From Octopus sinensis (Eukaryota), in contig NC_043007.1 in assembly GCF_006345805.1 (NCBI RefSeq), positions 73,904,001 through 73,968,000 on the forward strand: a stretch of 64,000 nucleotides of DNA, in the 5' to 3' direction. The notes below the pieces were generated by a model. The model saw only the letters and a program-made list of their open reading frames with translations. It made no database searches and had not been told where the DNA came from. This document shows, in pieces, positions 25,236-38,104 of the stretch. Position 1 is the stretch's first letter, and each line of letters starts with the position of its first letter. A program made the position numbers and the translations under genes.

Positions 25236-25739
25236 TTGACAATGAACCAAATCCTCCTAACACACGAAATCATAAAGAGCAAAAGGCAACCCAAATCATT
25301 GAAAACCATCCTAACAAATGCCAAAGTACTGCCAACCACAACAACTAAACCCACAGTAAACAAATGCAATAGACCCAACTGTGGTATATGCATCAACCTA
25401 ATAGAATTCCTTTTTAAACAAGGACAACGTTTCACAGTAAAACACAACTTCACATGTGCATCAGAAAACCTAGTATATGTCTTAACTTGCTCGGGCTGTA
25501 ATGAACACTACATAGGCCAAACTAAAAATAGCCTCCGCCAACGCATGACTGTCCACAGATCCCAAATAAAAATACAGGAATACAGAAAAATAGCACTTAG
25601 TGCTCATATTGATACCTGTGCCGCACAACTTCATCCCAATTTTAGAATCTTTCCCCTCTACAAATTTAAAGACAATGCCACTCATACCCAGCGAATAACC
25701 ATGGAATCCCACCTTATTAATAATACAGACCACTTCTAA
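25236..25739 (+). pseudogene. Penelope-like GIY-YIG endonuclease domain (open frame of a truncated element)
   Basis: KCNRPNCGICINL...FTCASENLVYVLTCSGCNEHYIGQTKNSLRQRMTVHRSQI...H; mirrored with indels at 24257-24745. Confidence 0.9.
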
Positions 25740-26602
25740 ACACATCCCCCTAACACGAACCCACAACAAACATACTTACACCTGCACACACCCTACACAC
25801 ACTTTTACCCAGATATTAACACCATGACACACGCAAACATATGGTTCCACACATACACATAATTTGATACGGGTGCAAAACATCCAACACTATTTTTTGG
25901 AAATGACTGTAAATATTGACTTCACACAAACACGTTGCTTCCCGATACAGGCACAAGGCCAGAGAACTATAAATATTGAAAATTGTACCCACACACGCAC
26001 ACATATATACACGCGCGCGCGCCCCAACATACATATAAACACGCCACACACCCACACACGCACACATACATACATATAGCTCTTCCTGTCCTAAACGAGC
26101 TTACTTTTCCAGCTCAAATTCAGTCAAGCGAAAAATACACTCCTTAACTACGCGCTAAAAAGCTATTCAAAATATCCACATGACGTCTACTGACCAGCCT
26201 GAACAATAAAATTTTCAACAACGCTATTTTCGAAAACTCCATACACCACCCACAACAACATTCATTCTAAACATTCACGTGACCTCTCTATTATGACCAC
26301 ATTCACGTGACCTCTTTATTATGACCAATAAGAATTTTAGGTGCGATACTAGCCAAATTTTAACATCTCTGGAGCCTATTTTCTTACCCCAACACCAACT
26401 TCCACTCAACATTCACGTGACCCCTTTATAATGACCAATCAAAATTGTATTGACCATTGTCCACAAGAAATTTTAGGCGCGAAACCAAGCAAATCTTAAC
26501 AACTCTGGAGCCTCTTTTTTCACATATAAGAGACAGCAAACCCAACATAAAGTCAGATAAGAGAAAAAATCAATCAAAAGGAACTCTATCTCACTCAAAA
26601 TA

Positions 26603-26642
26603 TCTTTTGATAAGCATAACAAATGCGCAACCGGTAAAAAGA
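26603..26642 (+). ncRNA. Candidate variant hammerhead (U3:A8, A13C)
   Basis: tctt-TTGATAA-GCAT(aacaa)ATGC-GCA-ACCGGT-A-aaaaga; sense to the GIY-YIG ORF and about 70 nt from the element end; stem I imperfect. The mirror at 23325-23364 has G at position 17. Confidence 0.4.
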
Positions 26643-26852
26643 ACTTTCACCTAATAAATACACTCTCCCTTACTTAAATTATTTTGTCAGCATTTTCTTC
26701 ATTTCATTTATATATATATATATATAATATATATACACGACGAGTTTCTGCACAGTTTTCCGTCTCCCAAACTTACAAGATATTGGTCAACCACATGCTG
26801 TTGTACAAGCCGAGGGCCGCGGCGCTAGTTATCTATCTATCTATTTCCTCCA

Positions 26853-26883
<31 letters not shown>

Positions 26884-26919
26884 TCTCCTCTCTCTCTCTC
26901 CTACATATATATATATATA

Positions 26920-26972
<53 letters not shown>

Positions 26973-27329
26973 ATATATATATACACATATATATTTTTTA
27001 CGGAAAATTGGTAAAACCTCAAAGCAGATAACTATAAAGCCTGTAGTTGTTGAGTTAAAAAGTTGGGGTAGAAATAGCGAACGCTGTCTATGGGATTGGA
27101 ACCCACATTTTCTATAATCACGACTGACATTTTACCACGGAACCAAAGCAATACTTCCAATGTCTCTTTCCATTTTAGAAGCTTTTTTTTGTTCTTACCA
27201 GTGAAAACTGTACACACACACACACACACACACACACACGTAAGCACCCACACATATCAATTTAATATTCAACTGTGACCGAACCATCCTTCCTCACTTT
27301 CCATTTGCATCAGCATCTTTAGAAATGCT

Positions 27330-27920
27330 GAGGTTGATTTCTTCGTTCAGAGTATGAACTGAGAAAGTGTATTACTGATGTATGCAAACTTTAGCCGCAA
27401 CGTCTTGGCTTAAATGGTAGATGGATGATATTGCTTTCAAATTGCCGGTTCATGTTTCGCAAATGTCTGAGCGTAAATTGACCCAATTCCCCACACGCTG
27501 CAGCAAAAAACAGTCATTCAGTGTTTGCAAGTTGACCTCTGCACAAGTAAATAAGATAACAGCCTTTTGCATGCAGCAAGTCTCCAACTGGGCCAATGGA
27601 GTGCTTTGGTGGCACAAGAGATAGACGAATGTCAAACCGTTTTCCTTATAGAGATGCCAGTGTTGTCATCAGCTCTTTTTAGCGAAAAAAAGGGCAAAAA
27701 GAAAAAAAAAGACGAAAGCAAGTAGACCCTTTTTCTTTATTCTTCACTCAACACAGATCGGCTCCAAAGTTCTCCATTGAAGCAGATCCAACTCATATTT
27801 TGATGTTGTCATGCAAGACCTGAATGTTATTTTCAAGCGTGAAGAATTGTGAATATTATGTCTATTGTTCCATTTTTAGAATGAAAACCACTCACGGAAT
27901 ACACGGCAGTTAACAATAAT
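27330..27920 (-). pseudogene. Decayed piggyBac-like transposase C-terminal remnant
   Basis: Across frameshifts: WFSF*KW.ID...HNS, YELDLLQWR, HWP...C...K...C...NDCF, resembling the piggyBac W..F.W..D...NAW / DLL.FR / cysteine-rich end. Confidence 0.4.
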
Positions 27921-28171
27921 AATACAATGAATATATGTTTCCCTTGATAGAACAACTAGAATACTTGTCGTCTCAAAGCGTCACCCTCAGTCAACTGTTA
28001 TGTAACAGTTGGATGATCAACAATATCGCTAGTAGTTTTCTACGGGGCTCGTGTCAATAATCAGTCGTTTAATTGTGGAAAAAGAATTACATACATACGT
28101 ATATATGTATATGAAAAATTATATATTTATATATTTTATTGAAAAGGTTAAGAGGTTTCACACTAGTATTA

Positions 28172-28202
<31 letters not shown>

Positions 28203-28222
28203 CTACATACATACTACATATA

Positions 28223-28966
<744 letters not shown>

Positions 28967-29049
28967 GAAAATAAACAAAAGACGAAGGCAGGTGGAATAC
29001 CAACAAACAGTTGTATTAGTATGGCGCTCAGGAATATAAATAAAACAAG

Positions 29050-29087
29050 TCTTTTACGTTTCGAGCCTACGCTCTTCAACAGAAAGA
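29050..29087 (-). ncRNA. Variant minimal hammerhead (CUGUUGA core plus extra A)
   Basis: TCTTT-CTGTTGA-A-GAGC(gtag)GCTC-GAA-ACGT-A-AAAGA: perfect stems I and II, palindromic stem III; about 85-nt T-rich tail then (TA)n. Confidence 0.7.
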
Positions 29088-29554
29088 TACACAGAAAAGA
29101 AACACGGAGAGAAACAAAAAGAGAAAAAAAATGCGTGCAGAAGCTAGCGAATCAACATGGCTACGCATTTTCGCCCGGCGTGATAGCGTTTCTGCCAGCT
29201 CGCCGCCTTATCACTTCGATACCTGACGTGTGGTACACCGTGCACCTGTTCAGGCAATGTCGATTTGATGGAGAGAGTGAGCTTAAAGGGCAGCACATGC
29301 AGTTGATCACTTTCAACAAATCATTTGTGTTGGTCGTCCGACAAAAGCTGAACGCTCTGACGCCATCTTCGACGGGAGAGTCCATATATAGAAACAAACA
29401 CTATTATATTATTTATAATTTCATCTAACTCGAGTTCTATTGTTAAGAACGATCTGGGTGTGTATGTGTGTGCATTTATATCTATATTACTTCGAGGCTA
29501 TCAATGAACTATATATATATATATATGTATGCGTTTGTGTGTATACATATATAA

Positions 29555-29830
29555 TTGCTTCAAATAAACAAACAATTAAAATACAGAGAGAAAAAAAATG
29601 ATCGTGAGGATGTACACAAGAAATATATTAATTTGATACTCGGTGAAGGGAGAGAGCTGTCGTTAACGTTTCGAGCATGGCTCTTTCTCGGAAACAAGTA
29701 AGTCCAAAGAGAAAGAAAAATAAGGAAAATCATCAAGAGTCCACGTGCGGTTACATTTCTGAAGTGACCGGAAGTGGAAGGAGAAAGAGATGGTGGTTTC
29801 TGGAAGGAGAAGTCTGATGATGGTCGGTGT
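29555..29830 (-). mobile_element. Short Penelope-like end with a decayed hammerhead (29660-29697)
   Basis: CCGAGAA-A-GAGC(cat)GCTC-GAA-ACGT-T; T-rich tail running to (TA)n. Confidence 0.5.
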
Positions 29831-30317
29831 GTGTGTGTGTGTATGTGTGTGGGGGTAACGTATATATGTATGGTAGCGTGTGTGCGTGTGGTAGAAACTG
29901 CGCGCGCGCGCGTATGGTAGCGTGTGAGCTTGGGGTAATAAGTGGGTGTGTGTGTATGTGTTTGTATGAGTCGTCTCTGTGTGTGGGGCGGGGGATAGGA
30001 TTTGTGTGCGTGTATATGCCGCTCTGAGAGATCAATCATAAGGGAGCAGCTATTGTGAAAGGTGTGTAAACTGGGTGGGTGTGGTTGTGTGCGTGTGTTT
30101 GCATGTGTGCGTAGACGGAGTGGTCAAGGGTGAGTGAACGGCAGTCTGAGAGGTGTGTGAATGGGTAGCTGTGTGTATGTGTGAGTATGAGTTTTGGCAT
30201 GTGTGTGTAGATGGAGTGAGAATGTGTGTGAGTGTGTGTGTGTGTGTGTAGATGGAGTGAGAATGTGTGAGTGTGTGTGTGTGTGTGTGTGTGCATCGGT
30301 ACATGTGTGTGTCTCTC

Positions 30318-31275
30318 AGGGCCCATGGACAACTTCCAGAGATCCCTGGCCTGGCAGCGCTACCGAGAAGCGCTACCCGTTCGGGATAAGCTCTACAGAC
30401 ACGGCTCGAGAAACACGGGGCCGACCTGCCCGAGATGCGGTCAGAGCGACGAAACCGTTCTGCACGCACTCGTGCAGTGTCCAACAATTTCCGACCTGTG
30501 GGCTTATGTCGAACAACTGCTGTCACGTGTGGGACGAGTCGGTTTATCAGCTGAGTCTATCGTCAATATTGTCACGCCTCCTTCCTTCAAACGGGAAGGA
30601 AGAGCTATTTTCATCATCCTTGTGGCTATGGCGAAAGAATGTATCTGGTGGACGCGTCTGAAAGGATTGGAGACAAACACTTTCCTCTCTGGTCAACCTC
30701 TCATCAACTTCTTCAAGTACCACTTGAAAAGGAAAGTGAGAGTAGAGAGGCAAGTTTTGTCTAGCGAACGTTTTAAAAAAAGACGGGTGAATGTGGCAAG
30801 GATGGCACGTATGAATGACGAAGCCACCTTGAGCATAATCCTATGAACCCAGAAATTGAAAACCGAGGGTTACCCACTTGCAAACAAATGTGGTAACATA
30901 TAACAATATTGACTAAGGTTACGGTGGTCTTTTTCGTAGGCTTTTCTTCCCACGGATAAACCTTACTTGCTTTCCCCGTTACACCATACATCATGACACT
31001 GATACACGATTCCTATTGATCGTTTTCTTTTCCTCTTCCCCTTTTTTCCTCTTTTTTCTTCTTTTTTCATTTTTCTTTTCTTTTGATCCTTTTCCCTTTT
31101 TTCTTTTTTTCTTTTCCTTTTTTTTATCTTTTTTCTTTTTTTGTTCTTTTTTTCCCCTTTTACGATCCCTTTTGATCGAAAACCTACGCCACCTTTTTTT
31201 TTCTCTCCTAAAAGAAAAGCTCTACCTTGTAACATGTCCCATCTGTGTACAGCCCTGTGTGACCAATAAAGAAAC

Positions 31276-31276
<1 letters not shown>
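30318..31276 (+). mobile_element. Tx1/L1-clade LINE, 5'-truncated
   Basis: Open ORF2 C-terminus with zf-RVT-type knuckle (AW...ALPVRDKL...CPRCGQSDETVLHALVQCP...LW), T-rich 3' UTR, aataaa, then (TATC)n at 31277-31355. Confidence 0.85.
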
Positions 31277-31355
<79 letters not shown>

Positions 31356-31358
31356 ATA

Positions 31359-31760
31359 CGAGGGTCGGGTGAAAACTTCATAGGCTGACCAAGTTACTTT
31401 CATGAAATATGACAAAATGAGGTTTATTATTAAACATAGTCGCCCTTGCGGTGCACACACTTCTATCAGTGTTGCAGTGCTCGGATCCCATTGGGGAAGA
31501 CGCTTTTTATCCTGCTGGTAAAAAAGTCATCAACAGCAGATATGACGTCTTCATCACTGCGATATTAGTTCCCAGCCAAGTAATTCTTCATGTTGGGGAA
31601 CAGTACATGTCCTCAGATTGACACCTAAACACTCTGAAATGTTCGTATTGGAGCTTCCGGCGCGAATGCCAAGCAGTACAGCATGTCGTTTCCGAATTTC
31701 TGGCAGAGCGAATTGCATCATGGTACTATTTCTGTCACAGACGGTGTCTAAATGACCCTA
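31359..31760 (-). mobile_element. mariner-type transposon terminal fragment
   Basis: TA followed by CGAGGGTCGGGTGAAAACTTCATAGGCTGACC, a mariner-like TIR; the second TIR was not found. Confidence 0.55.
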
Positions 31761-31857
31761 CTGTAGTCGATAATACCAAAAACAAACAATGCACATGCAC
31801 ATGCACGAAATAAAAGATATAAAATGGCGACAATTTACCCATCGCACCCTGTATATA

Positions 31858-33428
31858 CCGTTGCGGCCAAAATGTTCAGAACGGCATTGTTTTCGTCAGA
31901 AAAGTAGATATAGTTTTTTTATCAAAGTTGTTTTATATTCTATAATTTTCACAGACAATAAATACAATATTAATTGTTATTGTCTGAGATTTTGGTGTAA
32001 TTTGAGAGGATAATACAAAAGTTATGGATGATTTAGTGATTTACTGCAAAACCCATGGCGGCCAAAATGATCAGAACGGTTGAAAAAATAACAAAATAAT
32101 CAAAAATGACAGAGAATACTGGAATTATTTAATATTTAGTGTGAAACCCTTTAGCTTCAATCACACTCTGACATCTTCGACTGCATGAGGAAATTAAAAT
32201 TTCAATTTCTTGCTGGGTGATCTTATTCCATTCTTCCTGAAGGGCATTCCATAATTTTCAATAGGATTGAGATCTGGGCTTTGAGCTGGCCAATCCATAA
32301 CAATAACCTTTTCAGCCTTGAGGAAGTTCTTGATCACCTTAGCCTTGTGACATGGGGCATTGTCCTGCATGAATATGGGTGATCGCTTAGTTGAATTTCT
32401 CAGCACAGGCAAGACATGATCTTTTACAAGTTGTTTATAAACTCCTGCATTTAACTTTCCATGTAATCGCACCAAAGGACCCACACCATCTCCAGATATC
32501 ATTCCCAAAACTATGACACTTCCTTCACCGAATTTAACACTAGTCTTAAGGCATTTAGGCAACAATTTTTCACCTACTTTTCTACGAACGTACCTTTTCC
32601 CATCTGAGCCAAATAGCATAAACTTAGATTCATCACTGAAATGCACCGTTTGCCATTTTTCTTGAGACCACAACACATGTTCGGTTGCAAAGGTAAGACG
32701 ACACTTTTTATTCTTGGAACTGATCAGTGGCTTCACTGCAGGTGCTCTTGCTTGTAGGTCATGTTCAACTAAACGACAAGACACAGTTTTCGAGATAAAG
32801 TTTTCTTCAATACAATGCTCATTTCCCGAGAAACAGCAGCAGCAGTTTTAAATCTGTCCTTTTTAACCAATTTTACCATAGCACAATCTTCTCTCTTGGT
32901 CGTTTTTCTTGGCCTACCTGTAAACTTTCTTGCTTCACACGAACCACAATTATCGTAGACCTTAATAATACCGTGTACAACACTTTTTGACTTGTTAACA
33001 ATCTTTGCAATTGATCTAATACTTAAATTATCCTTCCTTCGAAGCTTAATAATCTGCTGAAGAATTGGTAACGGAGTAAGTGGCATTATATTAACAAAGT
33101 ACACTGCAAATATTCTTACTAATGTTTAGTAAACGAACCGTCACGTAAACAAATTCAAAACATTAGAGTTCGCCGGTTAAATATACTAAAACACGGAGTA
33201 AAAGTAACCGTTCTGATCATTTTGGCCGCCATGGGTTTTGAAGTAAATCACTAAATCATCCATAACTTTTGTATTATCCTCTCAAATTACACAAAAATCT
33301 CAGGCAATAACAAATAATATCGTATTTATTGTCTGTGAAAATTATAGAATATAAAACAACTTTGATAAAAAATAATATCTACTTTTCTGACGAAAACAAT
33401 GCCGTTCTGAACATTTTGGCTGCAACTG
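31858..33428 (-). mobile_element. Tc1 transposon with long IR/DR-type TIRs
   Basis: About 230-bp inverted ends flanked by TA, each with outer and inner direct repeats (ggccaaaatg(t/a)tcagaacgg). Confidence 0.92.
32125..33086 (-). pseudogene. Tc1 DD34E transposase, near intact
   Basis: MPLTPLP...GRPRKTT; VHFSDESKF; FMQDNAPCH; WPAQSPDLNPIEN. Two single-base frameshifts and an apparent short C-terminal deletion. Confidence 0.9.
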
Positions 33429-33624
33429 TATATAGCAAAAGAGGGAGTGGTGTTTCCACGCAGGAAAAAAATATATAGGAAAACGTGTTGCTGAAAATGC
33501 ACTTAAATTTCAAAGTCTCGTAAATGTTTAAAACGCATTTATTTACATATATACCGGACTAGTTTCCAAAATATTTTTTGTTTATCAATGGTAAAAGTGT
33601 AAAATTAGAAAAACATCGTTATAA

Positions 33625-33740
33625 GTTTCAATGTTGACAAATCAAAATGTTTCAATGTTGACAAACTGAAATGTTTCAATGTTGTTAAATTAAAATGTTT
33701 CAATGATGTTAAATTAAAATGTATCAATGTTGATAAATTA
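33625..33740. repeat. 24-bp minisatellite, about 5 copies
   Basis: tttcaatgttgacaaatcaaaatg and variants. Confidence 0.85.
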
Positions 33741-33879
33741 TCATGTTCAAAACAGAAGGTGTAAGTTTGAAATTAAAACTGTATATTAATTTGTTAGAAT
33801 GTAAAAGGTTCATTAATTTTAGTGGTGGTCGACAAGTCATACTGAAAATAAAAACAAAAAAAAAAACAGTGTGAGAATT

Positions 33880-36075
33880 GAAATAGTAAAAAAGGGGGAA
33901 ATTACGGTTTCTGGGATCTTTAAACAGTCGCTTCTGCTTGCAATGGTATGTTTTAGGGGAAAGAAGTATTAATAAATTTTTTTCTGCGAGCGGATCTGAT
34001 CTTGATTCGTTAAAAAATTGATGACATTTTTCTTCCGTGATCAAGCTTATCGTTCTGTTTGGTTGGTTTCTTTGCAGGATACGGTTACAGGTCGTTTCGG
34101 TTGGTTGGTTTTCTTAAAGGATCTTTTTGTTGTATTCGTTGAAGTTCGGTTTTGATTGGTTTGGAATTATGTGACGTCAGCAACTGGTGTTTGTGGAATT
34201 TCAATGGACTGGAGATGGGTGACGTCAGCATCTTGTGTTTGTGTGGTGATTTGGAGCTGTGATTTTGAAACCCGGGTGGAAAATTGTTACTAAAATTTTA
34301 TTGGTTTTTTTGTGTTGAAATTGGGTGTTTTTTCTCTTCTTTATACTGCTTTTTCTTCTTTCTAAAGGATATTTAGCTGTGGTCTATATTTTTTAATCAG
34401 TATGTTTTCCTTATTTAATCGGAATTAGGTTGAAGTGTTTCCAGTGCATTGATAGAGAGGTAAGATTTGAGAATTAGGGTTTTTGTCTACGGGGTATTGA
34501 CAACCCCACAAGTAAAAACATGCAACTACCCTAACTGCGGAATTTGCACCTTTCTCTTAGAGGGCTTAACATACAAATTTAAGTCAGGCCTAAGTTTTAT
34601 CATAAAACATGACTTCACCTGTGCTTCGAAGAACTTAATCTATGTTCTTAAATGTGGATGTTGTGGTGGAGACTACATTGGTCAAACAAGCTTAACTTTG
34701 AGGGACAGACTTACGGTGCATAGGCAACAAATCCGGGACCCCTCAACTAGGAAAATTCCCGTTAGCCAGCACCTAGACTAATGCCCCGTAGACAAAAACC
34801 CTAAATACCAAATCTTCCTTCTCTATCAATGCACTGGAAACACTTCAACCCATTTCCGCTTATTAGCGCTCTCCTCTACTTTAGTAGATTCTTCAGATTT
34901 GAATTTGTTTGAGAGGATTCGTCTCTTTTTATAGTATTATTGAGTGTGTAGGGGTGGAGAAAGATGTAGGATAGTAAAAGAGGGTGAAGAATGGGGGGAA
35001 GTGGGAGTGTGTGTTTGTGTGTGTGTGTATGAAAGGAGTGTCAATGGAAAAGAGAAGGAAAGAAAGAAGGAAGAGAGAAAAAAGAAAAAATGTGTTTATA
35101 TCTATACAGCTGGTCAGTTCTTTCAATAGAAAGTGATGAGTTGATTCTTGGCCTTTAAAAATGGCAAAACCAGGTGGCTACTCTAAGGGGAGGTCTTGTT
35201 TTGAGAAAAGTTATTTTTCAATAATTTGTCTGGATTTATTATCATCGTCATCATCATTGTCCAGTGAGAGTGTGTGTGTGTCTATGTGTGCGTGCGCGCG
35301 TCTGTGTGCCTGTGTATCTGAAAGGAGTGTCAATGGAAAAGAGAAGGAAAGAAAGAAGGAAGAAAGGAAGAAGAAAAAATTGTGTTTACATCTTTACAGC
35401 TGGTCATTTCTTTCAAGTTGATTAATAAAAGTTATTTTCTATTGAAAGATCTGAACAGTTGTATAGATGTAAGCACAATTTTTCTTCTTCTTTTTTTCTT
35501 TCCTTCTCTTTTCCATTGACACTCCTTTCAGATACACACACACACACATACACACACAAACACACATACACTCGCACACACACACACACACACACTCGCA
35601 CGCACACATACATACACAAAATACACAAAATCCAGACAATTTTTTGAAAAATAACTTTTATCAAAACAAGACCCATCCTTAGAGTAGCCACCTGGTTTTG
35701 CCATTTTTAAAGGCCAAGAATCAACTCATCACTTTTATTGGAAGAACTGACCAGCTGTATAGATGTAAACACATTTATTCTTCTTTCTCGCTTCCTTCTT
35801 TCTTTCCTTCTCTTTTCCATTGACACTCCTTTCAAATACACAGACACACAGAGACACAGACGCACACACACACACACAGACGTACACACACACACACGCA
35901 CACACACACACACACACACAAGCACACACTCTCTCTCACTTTCTCCCCATTCCTCACCCTCTTTTACTATCCTATATTTCTCTTCGCCCCTACACAATAA
36001 TACTATAAAAAGAGACGAATCCTCTCAAACAAATCAAATCTGAAGAATCTACTAGAGTAGATGCAAGCGCTAATA
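33880..36075. mobile_element. Rearranged Penelope-like element(s)
   Basis: GIY-YIG on + at 34500-34860 (CNYPNCGIC...FTCASKNLIYVLKCGCCGGDYIGQT); its C-terminus (RLNKENILIKKYRPQLNIL*) and 3' UTR on - from 34495; inverted repeat 34860-35240 / 35630-36075. Confidence 0.82.
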
Positions 36076-36076
36076 T
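36036..36076 (+). ncRNA. Decayed or variant hammerhead motif
   Basis: CTGAAGA-ATCTAC(taga)GTAGAT-GCA-AGCGCT-A; the mirror at 34863-34900 has GAG in place of GCA; stem I weak. Confidence 0.5.
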
Positions 36077-36188
36077 ATGATTTATAAAACATGTGACATA
36101 TTAATAAAAATCTGTAAATGTACAACCATCCAGATTTCTGAGTACCTTATTTTTTTGTATTATATAATAATGTACATACCTACAGACC

Positions 36189-36610
<422 letters not shown>

Positions 36611-36745
36611 TATATATGGCCCAGTGGTTAGGGCAGCGGACTCGCGGTCGTAGGATTGCGGTTTCGATTCCCAGACCGGGAACGCATTGTGACCAGCGAT
36701 GTGTAGCAACATCTGATAGTCTGGTCGGTCACGGTGATCACGGCG

Positions 36746-36845
<100 letters not shown>

Positions 36846-36854
36846 GTTTACATA

Positions 36855-37750
36855 TCTCTTATTATAAAAGGCAGATTTTATCTGCCTCCCTTTAGGAGTT
36901 ATACAAATCTACAATATAGGATTTCTTCAATTACAATTTACCTTGCATTTTAAGAGTACAATGCATCGCGTCATGCCAGGTCCAGTTTTTAAAATTTAAA
37001 CTCCAATTAAGCAAAATTTACAGAAAACTCACATTCTGGTGTGTGTGTCAAATGCTTTTCTTAGTCTGGTTTACAGCACACGCAAACGCACACACACAGT
37101 GGGCAACGAATAAAATGAAAGTAATTGACTTACTGTAGTGAGTGATTCTTTCACTCTGCCTCCCACTTCCTCTTTCCACACATAGACACGCAAATATATA
37201 AATAAAATTGTAAGCTAACGTGCGTGTGTGTGAGTGGGTGTGTGTGGGTGTGCGCGTTGTGTGTGTGTGTGTGTGAGGGTGCGTGTGGTGTGTTGTGTGG
37301 TGTGTTGTGCGTGTGCGTGAGTGTGTGACAGGAAAGTTTTTTACGACGAATATAACACCTATATCCAAGTAGCAGAAAGATAAGACAGTAAGGTGTGATT
37401 TGAGGGAGATTTGGCTGCTATTTCTACCATGTCTAGTTGCCATGTAGGGGTCTCCCTCATAGGCTCATACATACATATATACATAGATAAGACAGTAAGG
37501 TGTGATTTGGGGGAATTTGGCTGCTATTTCTACCAGGTCTAGCTGCCATGTAGGGGTCTCCTCATAGGCTCATACATACATATATACATAGATAAGACAG
37601 TAAGGTGTGATTTGGGGGAAATTTGGCTGCTATTTCTACCAGGTCTAGCTACCATGTAGAGGTCCCCCTCATTGGCTCATATATATATACATACATAAGA
37701 CAGTAAGGTGTGATTTGAGGGAGATTTGGCTGCTGTTTCTACCAGGTCTG
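36855..37750 (+). mobile_element. Helitron-like 5' portion containing a ~105-bp tandem repeat
   Basis: A|TCTCTTATTATAAAAGGCAG start like 43573; about 3.5 tandem units at 37379, 37486, 37591 and 37695; no CTAG end found. Confidence 0.55.
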
Positions 37751-38104
37751 TTAGGCCTTCTCATGTAAACTCAAGCTTTCTCATGCCTTGAACATAAGAC
37801 CAAAGCAGAAAATGTATTCTTTTATTCTTCTGCTTTTTCCAGCCATTGGTCTGTGGCCATGCTGGGGCAATGCCTTGAAGAATTGTAGTTTAATGAATCA
37901 ACTCGTTTTATTTTTGTAAGCATTGTACTTATTCTATCTGTTTCCTTTGTCAAACCACTAGGTGACAGGGATGTAAAAAAAACCAACATTCGTTGTCAAG
38001 CAGTGGTGGAGGACAATCACAAGCACAGACATGCACACACACACACATACATGCATACACATATACACACATACATACATATATATATATATGTGTGTAT
38101 ATAT

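Larger units (their letters stand above)
23220..26710. mobile_element. Penelope-like element in 3'-ends-outward palindromic arrangement
   Basis: About 23262-24850 mirrors about 25140-26710; contains the RT C-terminus and a GIY-YIG endonuclease; (TA)n at both ends. Confidence 0.9.
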
